Source of the DNA: an uncultured Chloroflexia bacterium
Lineage (GTDB): Bacteria; Chloroflexota; Ktedonobacteria; Ktedonobacterales; JADMIN01
Assembly: GCA_963718915.1 (NCBI GenBank)
Contig: CAVRAI010000003.1
Span: 120,001 to 152,000 of the forward strand
Direction of reading: 5' to 3'
DNA length: 32,000 nt
The position numbers and the translations under genes were made by a program. This document shows positions 1-9,800 of the stretch, piece after piece; the first letter of the stretch is position 1; the number at the start of each line of letters is the position of its first letter. The notes beneath the pieces were generated by a model. The model saw nothing but the letters and a program-made list of their open reading frames with translations. It did no database searches and was not told the DNA's origin.

Positions 1-1350
1 TGGCATACGGCGACTGCCGCTGGCATCAGCTCTTCGCCTGCCCTTGCAAGCGCCCATTTAGCTGTCAAGTCTCCTTCGATGGTCGCGCGAGCAGCGCCAG
101 GCGGTGAACCTGCAACTCAAACAATCACCATCTCCGATAGCGGACTGCTCTCGACGAATTGGACATTGAGCGCATCACCGCCATCCTGGCTCAGCATCAG
201 TAAATCGTCCGGGACGATAGCGCCTGGCGCCTCCCAGAATATTACCGCCAAGTTTACCCTTCCTAATCCATCGCAGGTTCAGTCTCTGAACACTACGCTC
301 ACATTTCAGGACTCCGGCGCAGATAATGGCTCTGTGCAGGTAACCATCACTGCTGTTATCGGACCACTCAACACATTGTATGTGGCAGTAGGTCGTGCGC
401 TCGATGCATTTGATCCTACCAGTGGCGTACTGATGTGGCGATACATGGCGCCGTGCGGGGTAAGTGCGCCCGCGGTCGCCAGCGGCACGGTGTATGTGGT
501 CGCCTGCGACACCCTCTACGCGGTCAGCGCCAGCGCGCCGACCTTGCTGTGGAGTTATCAATTCCCCAGCAGCACCAGCAATCCACCTGTCTTCGCCTAT
601 GGCGTCGTCTATGTCAGTACCAACGACAATACCCTCACCGCCCTCAACGCCACGACCGGCGCCGTCCTCTGGTCCTTCCACGACCCAGATGGTGGCGTCA
701 AACAAATCCTGGTAGGGGACGATGGCGAAGTCTTTTTGCTGGTCAGTCCCCCCTACAATGGGCATCTCCTGGCCCTCAACACGTCAACGGGAGCTTTGCT
801 CTGGCAGAACACGTTCAATAACGACTGGATCGGCTCGATGGCCTACGCCAATGGCATCGTCTATGCCGGTACGACCTTCGCGTTCTGTACCACGGTGCCG
901 TGTGGCGCCTTGCAGGCGTTTGCTGCCACAACCGGATTCTTCATTTGGAGGCAGTCGATCTGGAACTTTTTGACGCCGACAGTGGCCAATGGCGTCATCT
1001 ATGTGCCGGGGGGTAGTACCCTGAACGCCTACGATGCCAACGTGGGCGCCGCACTCTGGAATGTCACACCCTCCTCCGCCAATATCAACAACAGCCCGCC
1101 GGTGGTGAACGGGATTGCCTACCTGAGCATGAGTGATGGCAATGTCATCGCGCTCAATCTCAGTAACCAGACCATAGCCTGGCAAACCACCGTTGGTACG
1201 GCTCAGCTTTCTACCGCGGTTATTGGCGATAATGCGGCCTTTGTCGTAGGAAACGACTCGAGCGTGCGTGCGCTTAATCTGGTAACAGGCGCTGTACTTT
1301 GGCATACCACTCTTGCCGGGGGTAGTCAGGCTACCCCAGCCCTGGGGTAG
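1..1350 (+). CDS. PQQ-like beta-propeller repeat protein with N-terminal Ig-like surface domain; 5' end cut by window edge
   Basis: The frame is open from nt 1, with no stop before the first ATG at 79. Repeated ~40-aa units have the PQQ/BamB-propeller pattern (TLYAVSASAPTLLWSY, TLTALNATTGAVLWSF, HLLALNTSTGALLWQN, VIALNLSNQTIAWQT, VRALNLVTGAVLWHT). The N-terminal part (TITISDSG..WTLSASPPSWLSISKSSGTIAPGASQNITAKF) looks like an Ig-like/BACON-type domain. Confidence 0.8.
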   Translation, partial: WHTATAAGISSSPALASAHLAVKSPSMVARAAPGGEPATQTITISDSGLLSTNWTLSASPPSWLSISKSSGTIAPGASQNITAKFTLPNPSQVQSLNTTLTFQDSGADNGSVQVTITAVIGPLNTLYVAVGRALDAFDPTSGVLMWRYMAPCGVSAPAVASGTVYVVACDTLYAVSASAPTLLWSYQFPSSTSNPPVFAYGVVYVSTNDNTLTALNATTGAVLWSFHDPDGGVKQILVGDDGEVFLLVSPPYNGHLLALNTSTGALLWQNTFNNDWIGSMAYANGIVYAGTTFAFCTTVPCGALQAFAATTGFFIWRQSIWNFLTPTVANGVIYVPGGSTLNAYDANVGAALWNVTPSSANINNSPPVVNGIAYLSMSDGNVIALNLSNQTIAWQTTVGTAQLSTAVIGDNAAFVVGNDSSVRALNLVTGAVLWHTTLAGGSQATPALG

Positions 1351-1749
1351 AAGGAGGCGAATAATTCACATCAATTCGCGCGATGTCGTGTAGCGAACAT
1401 GGTTACGACCTGGAGAAAGGTTAAGACTTCAATTATGCGCATGCATCAAGTCCGCCCGTCACTATCAACCAGCCCACCGCTGCTCACTCAGGGGATACGC
1501 ACACCGCCAACCAGGGATCTTTATAATCGGGGAAAGCAACGTCATGAGACTGGCATCATTCCGCCAGTATCCCCCGCACAAAATGGCAAGCTACCTGCCA
1601 AAGATTTCTACCGGCAAAAGAGGGAGAAGAACCCGCTGACGCCCCAAGTTCACCCGGCGCCTCCCCCTAGCGGACATACGCCGCCAACTACAGAAGTCTA
1701 TAAGCACAAGAAATAGTCGCGCACGTTTTGGTACAGAGGAGGTTCGATC

Positions 1750-2886
1750 ATGTCAGCGCAGCCGTCGCCGTCGCTTCAGCAAAGGCTGGACGACCTGGAG
1801 GAACAACTCTCGCGTATGGCACGAGAGATCGCATCTCAGCAACGTTTGAACAGCACACAACAAGAACAACTTAGCCAGCAGCAGGAAGAAATTGTCTGCT
1901 TGCGCGCCGCACTGGCGCGTAGTACTACCCAGGCAGCTTCCAGCCACACCGAACCGGCAGAAACAACACAGGCATCGCCCTCAAGGGCCACGAGCAGGCG
2001 TCATGTGCTCAAGCTGGGGGGAACCGTAGCAGCGGCAAGCGCTGCCGCCGTTGCTGTCGGATTAATCGAAAAGCAGACGGCAATGGCAGCCGATGGCGAC
2101 TCACTGCTCCTTGGTGCAGCCAATGACGCCAATAACGCTGCATCTACGCCGACGACGCTCTCAGTAGCATCACCGGCTACTCCCCAGAACCTTCTCATAA
2201 TCGACGACAGTGGCGAGACGGATGGTATCGCTGCTGTATCCATTGCGAGCGGCACGACAAGCATGGGCATTGTAGGCCAATCGATCGGTGGTTATGGGGT
2301 TGTTGCAGACGCTGGAGGAGGTATCGACGTCTGGGTGGGTGGGCTTGCTGGCAATGGTCGCCTTTTGACCAATTTGCAGGCTGTGGCCGGTGCTCCGTCA
2401 TATTCGGCAATGGCCGGTGAGCAGATCCGCGACGCCAACGGCGACCTGTTTCTCTGCGTCGCGAGTGGCACGCCTGGCACATGGCGCAAAGTGGCGGCGG
2501 GCATCCCGGGGGTGAGCGGCGCGATCAACTTCCTCGATAACCCCATTCGTCTGCTCGATACCCGCAACAGTTCCGCCTGGGTCGCTGGCTCAACTCATAC
2601 GTTGCAGGTGACCGGCGTCAACATTGGCGGCATCAGCGTGCCAGCGGGCGCGGTAGGCGTCGTCGGCAATGTCACGGTAGTGCGCGCCAGCGCGGGAGGT
2701 GACCTACGGCTTTATCCGGGCGCCACTGCTCCTAACACCAGCTCTATTAACTTCGCCACGGGACAAATTATCGCCAATGGTGTCTTAGTCGGCCTCAATA
2801 GCAGCGGGCAATTCAATATCAAAGTGGACATGCCGACGGGCGCCACCATCAATGTCCTCTTCGATGCCAGCGGCTTTATCCTCTAA
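1750..2886 (+). CDS. Hypothetical exported or membrane-anchored protein: Q-rich coiled-coil N-terminus, twin-arginine motif, hydrophobic segment, Gly/Val-rich beta-type C-terminal domain
   Basis: Strong SD AGAGGAGG at 1735-1742, 7 nt before ATG 1750. Tat-like motif SRRHVLKLGG is followed by TVAAASAAAVAVGL. Third-position G/C is high. The function is not recognised. Confidence 0.75.
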   Translation: MSAQPSPSLQQRLDDLEEQLSRMAREIASQQRLNSTQQEQLSQQQEEIVCLRAALARSTTQAASSHTEPAETTQASPSRATSRRHVLKLGGTVAAASAAAVAVGLIEKQTAMAADGDSLLLGAANDANNAASTPTTLSVASPATPQNLLIIDDSGETDGIAAVSIASGTTSMGIVGQSIGGYGVVADAGGGIDVWVGGLAGNGRLLTNLQAVAGAPSYSAMAGEQIRDANGDLFLCVASGTPGTWRKVAAGIPGVSGAINFLDNPIRLLDTRNSSAWVAGSTHTLQVTGVNIGGISVPAGAVGVVGNVTVVRASAGGDLRLYPGATAPNTSSINFATGQIIANGVLVGLNSSGQFNIKVDMPTGATINVLFDASGFIL

Positions 2887-3080
2887 TACGGGAAACCGTA
2901 GCTGAACCGGGTCTACCCTACTGGCAAGGGCGAGAATGAGGCGTACAAGTTCCAGAACCGGCAGCAAACACGGTTCGCCGACGCGCGCTCGCCCTGCCAA
3001 CATATTGAGCTTCTTGCAGGCGCGGTGGCGACGGCCCCACCACAAGCCAAGGAATATCGCTGGTGCGGATCAGGCGCGCG

Positions 3081-6000
3081 CTATCCACCGATCTCGGCGA
3101 GCGCCCGCTCGACATGTTCGGCATAGAAGCGCTCGCCCAGACGGTTGAGGATGGCCAGCGCCGCCGTGAAGCGTTCGCGCGCACGTTCTGGCTCACCCTG
3201 CGCCAGATGCAACTGGCCGTAGACGTAGAGAGCTTTAGCTTCGGCATAGGGATAAGGCATCGAATGAGCGAGGGAGACGGCCTCATCAAGGTATTTCTCA
3301 GCGTCCTGCCAGCGTTCTTGCTTCATGGCCAGGAGCGTCTTCACGCGCAGGTGATCGGGAGCATAGCTTCTCCAGTGCATCTGCCGGTCTCCCTGCTCGA
3401 GGTAGGCAGCCGCTCCCTGGTCATCACCCGATGCAAGCGCTGCCCAAGCAAGCAACGTGACGGGGTGAATCATGCCGGTTGGAACGAGGTGGTAGTCGCG
3501 TAGCGGCGCAAGGCGCTCGGAAGCCCGGTGCGGAGCGTTGTCCAACAGGTCGCGCTCGGCTAGCGGAAGTTCAACTAAAGCAAGGTGCTCGGCACTCCGA
3601 TGGCCGAAATTAGTCAAGATCTCCTGTACGATCGCCACATCCTCGGACTGCCCCTGGGCAAGTACTAATTCTGCGAGCGTGCTTACAACGAGCACTCTAG
3701 CGCTCAACGCTGACGTCTCGTTTGGCTGACAGAGCGGGAGTGCTTGCTCCAGGAGGCGTTGGGCTTCTGTCCACTCTCCCCGCTGGTACGCATAATACGC
3801 TAGACCGTTGAGCGCGATCGCAACATCCTCTGGAACGCCGACGCGCTCTGCGTACTCGAGCGCTAACCGGAATAGGCGTTGTGCATCCTCGTCTATGCCA
3901 TACTTGCCATAGATAATTGCGCTATACATCGCCGCGTCGTACGAGAGCGACAAGTCTCTCGTAGACTCGGCCAGGCGTACAGCTTCCTTGTAGAGGGCAA
4001 TCGTCTCATCGATCCGAGGCTCACTTCCGTATGCCAGACTTGTCGCATAAGTGAGAGAAGCTTGCGCTTCCAGCTTAACATCGTCTGCTGTCTTGGCCTC
4101 AAGCCATGCTTGTCGCGCAAGATCCTGCGCGGCAACCTCGTCTGCACGTGTGGCATAACCAAAGTTAGCACCCATCACATTAAACACATTGTAGGAATCG
4201 GACACCGCAAGGTGCACAGCACTGGCGGTTGCTGGAGAGACAACATCCGCGATGTCAAAGTGATCGGCAGCGCCTGTTACGACTGCTCCTGCTGGCAAGC
4301 TCTCCTTCCTCAGCGTGGCGAGTAGCCCCGCCAACACCCGATAGCGTTCTATGCCGTGCTGAGGAATGCGTTGCTGATTATCTAGAGTGATCAACAAGGC
4401 CGTTGCTCGCGCTACCCCATCGAGATCGTTTACTGCACGGAACAGGTCGAGCGTCTGATCACCCAGCTGGCGCGCGTCATCCAAGCGGGCGTGACGCCGC
4501 ATCAGGGTGCCTAGCTTCAGGAGAGCCTCGGCCTCACGTACACGATCATCCAACTCATGAGCCAGTCGGGCCACCGTGCGATACTGGCGCTCCGCCTCGG
4601 CGTGCGCGTAGACCGCCTCAGCCTGGGCGCCTGCCTGTAGCGCATACGGCAGGGCGTGGTCGGGCGCGCCCCCTTGGGCAAAATGCCAGGCGAGTTCCGC
4701 CGCCTGGCGACTCGCTCCCGGCAGTTCCTCTAATGCCTCGGCGATATGTCGGTGCGTCGCGGCGACACGCGCGGAACCCAGATCGGCCACAATGACCTCG
4801 TGGATCAGATCATGAGCGAATACATAAGAACCGCCCGCGCCTTCCAACAGGAATTTCCCTGCGCCGCGTCATGCAGCCCATCGAGCGCGTCGGCCTCTGA
4901 GAGAGAGAACGCCTTGCCAACGGCCAACAGCACATTAGGCGCGCTACGCCTGCCTGCCACTGCCGCGATACCTAGCAGGCTCTGAGCATGGGGTGGCAAA
5001 ATCGCTATCCGCTGGCGAATGCTATCGGTGACATCGTCCGGCACGTCCGCAAGTTCTGGCTCACCATCAGCGACCAGCCGGTCGGCGTCAAGTCGCTGCG
5101 CATAGCTCACCAGAAACAGTGGCATCCCGCCCGCGCGCTGGAGCACACGCTCTCTGGCTCCGACCAGCGCCTGATCGCCTGGTTCCTCGATGCCTAGTAG
5201 GTTATTGAGCAGCACGCTGGCATCTTCAGGCTGCAATGGCTCAAGTTCGTGGCGGATAGCCAGCGATTCGCGCATCAGTTCATGCTGCAGCACGCTGAGC
5301 GGGTGTTGCGGCTGCACTTCAGTGCTGCGATACGCGCCGAAGATGCGTAGTGGCGCTTCATCGGTGGCGGCGCGAGCAAGTGTAGCCACCAGATCAAGGG
5401 CGTCGGCGCCCGCCCACTGAAGATCGTCGAGGATGAGCAGCGCGCCTGTTGGGCCAGACAGGTTGGCGAGGTAACGGCCCACCGCCGCGAACATGAGCGG
5501 CGCTCCTGCGGTGGCGGAAGATTCCACGCGGCGCGGGACGAGCGTTGTCTCCGCCAGTTCAGGGAGCAGGCGCACCAGCCAGGAACAGCCTTCCAGGTCG
5601 GTGCGTAGCTGCGATGGATATTGCCCGTGGATGCGTCGCTCTAACGCCGTGAGTATCGGCGCATACGGCTCCTGCCCACTGCTCCGGTGGCAACCACCTT
5701 CCAATACAGCCCAGCCACCGACGCGCGCCATCTCGGCGGCCTCACGCAGCAGCCGTGTCTTTCCGATACCTGGCTCGCCCGAGAGGAACAGCACGAGGTG
5801 GCCCTCGCCCGCCAGGTGACGTTCGAGCAAGGCGAGTTCAATCGCGCGACCGATGAGCGGCGCGCCGGATGTGGGGACGGCAGCCGCGACGCTGGCAGGA
5901 GAGGATATCCGTTGGCGGGCGGCGGACTCGAACATGGTGCGGTCAGCATCGGTCAGATGGAGGGCATCAGCCAGGAGCGCGACCGTCTCTCTGCGTGGGG

Positions 6001-6141
6001 CGCGCCGCTCGCCGCGTTCGAGCGCGCCAATCCCCTTGGCGCTCAACCCCGCCCGCTCGGCCAACTCTTCCTGGTCAGCCCCGCGGCCCGTCGGGAGCGT
6101 CGCAGCAGATCGCCAAACGTGTGGATGGATGCCGTCGCCAT
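3081..6141 (-). pseudogene. XRE-type HTH / AAA+ (STAND-like) ATPase / TPR-repeat transcriptional regulator, reading frame broken twice
   Basis: One continuous domain architecture is spread over three minus-strand frames. (i) ATG 6141, with GGAAGGA upstream, gives MATASIHTFGDLLRRSRRAAGLT, the first half of an XRE HTH. (ii) The frame of ORF 4805..6301 continues from ~6075 with QEELAERAGLSAKGIGALERGERRAP and Walker A GEPGIGKT. (iii) ORF 3081..4847 continues with (GKFLL)EGAGGSYVFAHDLIHEV plus TPR-like repeats. The shifts map to ~6070-6078 and ~4856-4868. Confidence 0.8.
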
Positions 6142-6407
6142 CGGAGGATTTCCTTCCGCGTGCAGGCAATACTAAACCTTTTCCAGGATCTGACACCGCA
6201 ACACAGATGACATCATAGCACGTAATTCGGGCCAATGAATAATCGTGTTGTGAGCAAAGTCGCCGAATTGTGGGAGCGATTGTGGGAGGATGTGGGAGCA
6301 TTGTGGGCGTTGTGTGTCGAGAAATCGCCGCGCGCGGGACACACTTGAGACATCACATCGCGGTGAGGCGCTGGAGCAGGGTCTACAGCCATCCCGCCCG
6401 ATGACTC

Positions 6408-6833
6408 ATGAAAGGAGCGGCAGCTACTATGTTGACCACGAATCAGACACAGAATCGGCCCCGGTCGCCACTCTCCCGCTTCGCGCGGGTATTCGCGCTG
6501 GTTGCTCTAGCGCTGACGCTGGCCGTCGCCATTGAAACCACCATTGCGCTCACCAGGCGAAGCGCGCCCAACCACACCTCCGTCGCGGCGGCGCAACAGC
6601 AGTATCGTGACCCCTATGCTGGCGGGTACCGCACGGCCAGCGGACAACTTTTGTTGCATGAGACGCAAATGAATGAGTCCACTATCGCCTGCGTGCGCAT
6701 GCCGCGCGGGCAGTCTCACTGGCTCGACACGATGGAGCCGTACGTGCTGGCTGATGAGAACGTTCGAGTCATCGGCGGGCAGTATGCGGCGCGGCTGATC
6801 GCGATGGAGTCGGGCACAGCGCTGGCGTGCTAA
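6408..6833 (+). CDS. Hypothetical membrane-anchored protein
   Basis: The likely start is the in-frame ATG 6429, preceded by AAAGGAG (6411-6417). N-terminal hydrophobic anchor FARVFALVALALTLAVAIETTIAL. No recognisable family. Confidence 0.6.
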   Translation: MKGAAATMLTTNQTQNRPRSPLSRFARVFALVALALTLAVAIETTIALTRRSAPNHTSVAAAQQQYRDPYAGGYRTASGQLLLHETQMNESTIACVRMPRGQSHWLDTMEPYVLADENVRVIGGQYAARLIAMESGTALAC

Positions 6834-6880
6834 GCATAGTCAGCGAACACGAGAAAGCACAAGAAAGGTGGATAAATACG

Positions 6881-7087
6881 ATGCCAGCGACTATACGGAA
6901 TCCGCGCAGACTCGCAGCCACTGCCATCTTCGCACTGCTGCTTATGGTTACGCTCGCAGCCTACGGACGACTAAGCGCACCCGTGACCGCAAAGGTAGGG
7001 TCGGCCAGGATCGCGCTGCCAGTTATTGTTTGCCCCTCGCAACCGGCAGAAGACAACCTTCCTCCGATTCCGCGTCACCCTCACTAG
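6881..7087 (+). CDS. Small hypothetical membrane or secreted protein (68 aa)
   Basis: An internal ATG of ORF 6827..7087 is preceded by AGAAAGGTGG. The product is MPATIRNPRRLAATAIFALLLMVTLAAYG, a positively charged N-region followed by a hydrophobic helix. Confidence 0.45.
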   Translation: MPATIRNPRRLAATAIFALLLMVTLAAYGRLSAPVTAKVGSARIALPVIVCPSQPAEDNLPPIPRHPH

Positions 7088-7270
7088 CCCCCAGCTTACG
7101 CGCTGCCTCCGACGAAGCGGCGCATGGGGCAGTAGGTGTAACACAAATTAGCGATAGGGGCGCCATTGACAGGGAGCGCCCTGACTATGATGAGGCGACT
7201 GGATCGGCGCCCCCCGCGATGAGCAATCGCATGCGCCAACCCAGCCGCCTCCTCGTTTTCCCATTATTCG

Positions 7271-7327
7271 CTAGAAGCTGGGGTAGATGCCACGGATGAC
7301 GCCGAGGCCGCCGAGAAAGTAGACCTT
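7271..7327 (-). pseudogene. Relic 3' end (last 19 codons plus stop) of a second copy of the major capsid protein gene
   Basis: 7269-7328 matches 9849-9908 at 56/60 nt. It translates to KKVYFLGGLGVIRGIYPSF*, identical over the last 18 residues to the C-terminus of the 506-aa capsid protein. An in-frame TGA lies immediately upstream of the fragment. Confidence 0.75.
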
Positions 7328-7521
7328 CTTGGCTCACTGTCCAGCCCGGTTCACGATAGTCCATAAATGGCCTAGAATCTCGCCGTCCGCTTAAGGTTGT
7401 AGTCACAATCGTTCGTCGCTGTCCATGCGCACTGGGGTCAAAATTGGGGTCATATCAACCAAGCTGACTTTCTCATATTACCTGGAGACGATTCCGGAGG
7501 AGCAGGTCAACCTTTGTGAGA

Positions 7522-8589
7522 TTAAGGGTTTTGGAGAGTCCCTCGAAATATTCGAGAATTCAACCCGATTCCTCGCACAGAGATTCCGGTAATGTTTCCT
7601 TGCTGCAACGAAGTGCTATCCAGTAGAACACTCTCCGGCGCGGTATTAGATGTACCAATGAGGTAATCCATCAGAGCCTGTCCTGCTTCCATATGTTCGA
7701 CAGTAGCTCCTGCTAACAGGATCCCTTTATCTTTTGAAGAATAGAATTCCAAAATTTCTGCATAGTAATTGTCTCCAACAGTATATACGCTCACTTGTCC
7801 ACCTGAGGTTAGATCTTTAACGGATGGGACTACGGACGGGTCTCCTTTTCCACTTCCGTCTAGATATGCCGTTTCAACAAGGATTTTATTGAGGCCTTGT
7901 ACTTGCGATGGGTCTGCATTTTCGTTGTTTGCAACATTATCTTGCCCAACAAGAATAATCCTGTATTCGTATGCCTTCGTTACTTGGTTAAGTCGCTTGA
8001 CAGCATACTCCCAAAACGATTTGCCATTAATTATCGTCGTACCATCACCATTAGGATTTGATCCAGGCAACTTAATTGCGGCAAGAAAATGAAGCTCGAA
8101 TGCATAGCCACTTTCAGATGCGTATACGCCCCATGGCTCTTTTATGATCGGATGCGTTGGATCTGTCCACTTATGATCATATGCTCCATATCCGGGAATG
8201 TATTCCAACATATCAAACTCTGTATCTTTGATTGCAGCGTCCACTCTTTGTTTGACCTTAAGTTGCTCTTGCCGTTGTTGTGGAGTTAATGCTGATGGAT
8301 TAGCAATCAAAAGCGCACCGACATCATGGTTTACTAGAAGTGTCTCCCATGTCGTCTGCGGCGCTTTTGTTGGGTTCGCAGTTGCTGCTGGTCTCGTAGG
8401 TCGAAGCGTTGCAGATCCGCCTTGTTGAGCGCACGCACTTACTGCTCCTCCAGCAGTCCCGAGTATTCCGACCGTCAGAAGGAACCGGGATACCCACATC
8501 AGTATTCGGTGTGCAACTTTCCCAGAGTCTTTCTGGCCGCCCTCGAGGTGGCCTGGTCGGGCACTGGATATCCGCTTGATCAACAACAT
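7522..8589 (-). CDS. Hypothetical lipoprotein or secreted protein encoded by a low-GC (foreign-looking) gene
   Basis: ORF 7522..8610. ATG 8589 has the best SD (GAAAGGA, 9-nt spacing); the alternative is ATG 8499 (MWVSRFLLTVGILGTAGGAVSAC, a lipobox-like A-V-S-A-C). Sampled lines in the gene body hold 21/60 and 24/60 G+C, against 36-46/60 in flanking genes. Confidence 0.7.
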   Translation of the reverse strand: MLLIKRISSARPGHLEGGQKDSGKVAHRILMWVSRFLLTVGILGTAGGAVSACAQQGGSATLRPTRPAATANPTKAPQTTWETLLVNHDVGALLIANPSALTPQQRQEQLKVKQRVDAAIKDTEFDMLEYIPGYGAYDHKWTDPTHPIIKEPWGVYASESGYAFELHFLAAIKLPGSNPNGDGTTIINGKSFWEYAVKRLNQVTKAYEYRIILVGQDNVANNENADPSQVQGLNKILVETAYLDGSGKGDPSVVPSVKDLTSGGQVSVYTVGDNYYAEILEFYSSKDKGILLAGATVEHMEAGQALMDYLIGTSNTAPESVLLDSTSLQQGNITGISVRGIGLNSRIFRGTLQNP

Positions 8590-8811
8590 ACGCAAGCATC
8601 CTTTCAGCATAGCCTTGGCACTAGTTTACTATATCGCCCGCATGATTGGCTAGTCGCTGTCAGATGTGCTCGTATTCGTCCGACGTGTAACCCAATGTAG
8701 CCTCTTCCTCACCTGTGGTGCGGACAGTTCGTTCGGAGTCAGTATGGGTAAATATCGCGGGACGATGAAGCTTTGGCAGGCACTTTCCACGCTTAAGAGG
8801 GAACTGGCTTA

Positions 8812-9671
8812 GAACCTGTTAAAGACTCAAGGTCAAGTGGATGAATTGATGCAACATCAAGCAGGCAAAGGCCAAAAAATGCAGGCCCGCCAAGGTCTGG
8901 GCCAAGCGCTCGTAGTCGCGCGCCAGGCGGCGGAAGCGCGCCGTCCACGCGAAGCTGCGCTCGACGACCCAGCGGCGGGGCAAGAGGACAAAGCCGCGTT
9001 TGGCCTCAGGCAGCTTGACGACCGCCAACTGAATGCCGTGCGCGGCCGCAGCCGCGGCGGGCGCATCGCCGGTGTAGCCCTGATCGACATAGGCCAGTTC
9101 CACCGTCTCGCCCGTCACCGCCTGCACCGCTGCCGCCGACTCCTCCACCTGGGCGCGATCCTGTTCGTTGGCGGGCGTCACCACCAGCGCCAACAGCTCG
9201 CCCAGCGTGTCCACCGCGGCATGGACTTTGGAGCCGTTGCGCCGTTTGTGCCCGTCGTAGCCCGCCCGCGCCCCGCTCTCGGCGGTCGATTGGATCGTCC
9301 GGCTGTCCAGAATGACGGCGCTGGGAGACGCGGATCGTCCTGCCGTCCGGCGCAGCAACACGCGCAGGTCCTGCACGATCTGCTCAAAGCAGCCTGCGTC
9401 CAGCCAGCGGCGCATCTGCTGATAGACCACTGGCCACGGCGGCAAATCATGGGGCAGCATGCGCCAGTGCGCCCCGGTTTTCACGATGTAACGCACACCA
9501 TTGAAGACCTCGCGCAGGTTGTGACGACGTTGGCTGGCGGTTTCCGACAACAACGTCAAATAGGGGGCGACGAACGTCCATTCGTCGTCGCTCACATCAG
9601 ATGGGTAGGGGGTGCGTATGGTTGACATACCCTACCATATCACTACTCAACGTCAAGTCTTTAACAGGCTC
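8812..9671 (-). mobile_element. IS5-family (IS427-group-like) insertion sequence, 860 bp, with a TA target duplication
   Basis: Terminal inverted repeats are GAACCTGTTAAAGACT (8812-8827) and the reverse complement of 9656-9671, GAGCCTGTTAAAGACT (15/16 match). TA flanks both ends (8810-8811 and 9672-9673). A single transposase ORF fills the element. Confidence 0.85.
8819..9628 (-). CDS. IS5-family DDE transposase (269 aa)
   Basis: N-terminal [15 protein letters not shown]...[23 protein letters not shown] is typical of the DUF4096 plus DDE_Tnp_1 transposases of the IS5 family. The ORF spans nearly the whole IS, and its stop lies inside the left inverted repeat. Confidence 0.9.
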   Translation of the reverse strand: MSTIRTPYPSDVSDDEWTFVAPYLTLLSETASQRRHNLREVFNGVRYIVKTGAHWRMLPHDLPPWPVVYQQMRRWLDAGCFEQIVQDLRVLLRRTAGRSASPSAVILDSRTIQSTAESGARAGYDGHKRRNGSKVHAAVDTLGELLALVVTPANEQDRAQVEESAAAVQAVTGETVELAYVDQGYTGDAPAAAAAAHGIQLAVVKLPEAKRGFVLLPRRWVVERSFAWTARFRRLARDYERLAQTLAGLHFLAFACLMLHQFIHLTLSL

Positions 9672-9674
9672 TAG

Positions 9675-9707
9675 GAGGGAACTGGCTTAGGAGGGAACTG
9701 ACTCGAG
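9675..9707. repeat. 16-bp tandem repeat GAGGGAACTGGCTTAG; a further copy at 8797-8811 is separated from these by the IS
   Basis: Copies at 9675-9690 (perfect) and 9691-9707 (degenerate: GAGGGAACTGACTCGAG). 8797-8811 plus G9674 makes a third perfect copy once the IS and one TA are removed. Confidence 0.8.
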
Positions 9708-9800
9708 TTGCATCGACTTACCAGCACTAAATACGAGGCAGAGTACCGATATATGGCGAGAGATTACAAGAATCGACGTGCAGTAGCGAGGAAAACGAGT

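Noticed and set aside
1399-1716. 105-aa ORF in the ~400-bp lower-GC spacer between the propeller gene and the Tat-motif gene.
   Set aside because: It has no SD, a Pro/Thr/Lys/Arg-rich composition unlike the neighbouring genes, and no G/C3 bias. I treat the spacer as non-coding. A TATAAT around 1523 has no convincing -35, so no promoter is called.
6142-6301. Upstream 53 codons of ORF 4805..6301 (MLPHPPTIAPTIRRL...).
   Set aside because: The canonical HTH N-terminus (MATASIHTFGDLLRRSRRAAGLT), with an SD, lies in another frame starting at 6141. The listed extension is a frame artefact upstream of the first frameshift.
6868-7299. 143-aa plus-strand ORF overlapping the small membrane protein gene and running into the capsid relic.
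   Set aside because: It has an Arg/Ser/Ala-rich composition and no SD. It overlaps a better-supported small ORF in another frame, and its 3' part is the antisense of the capsid-relic fragment.
8797-9707. Possible CRISPR-like array, because of repeated GAGGGAACTGGCTTAG units.
   Set aside because: The units are directly adjacent with no spacers, only 16 bp long, and only three in number. The apparent spacing is caused by the IS insertion. No cas genes are present.
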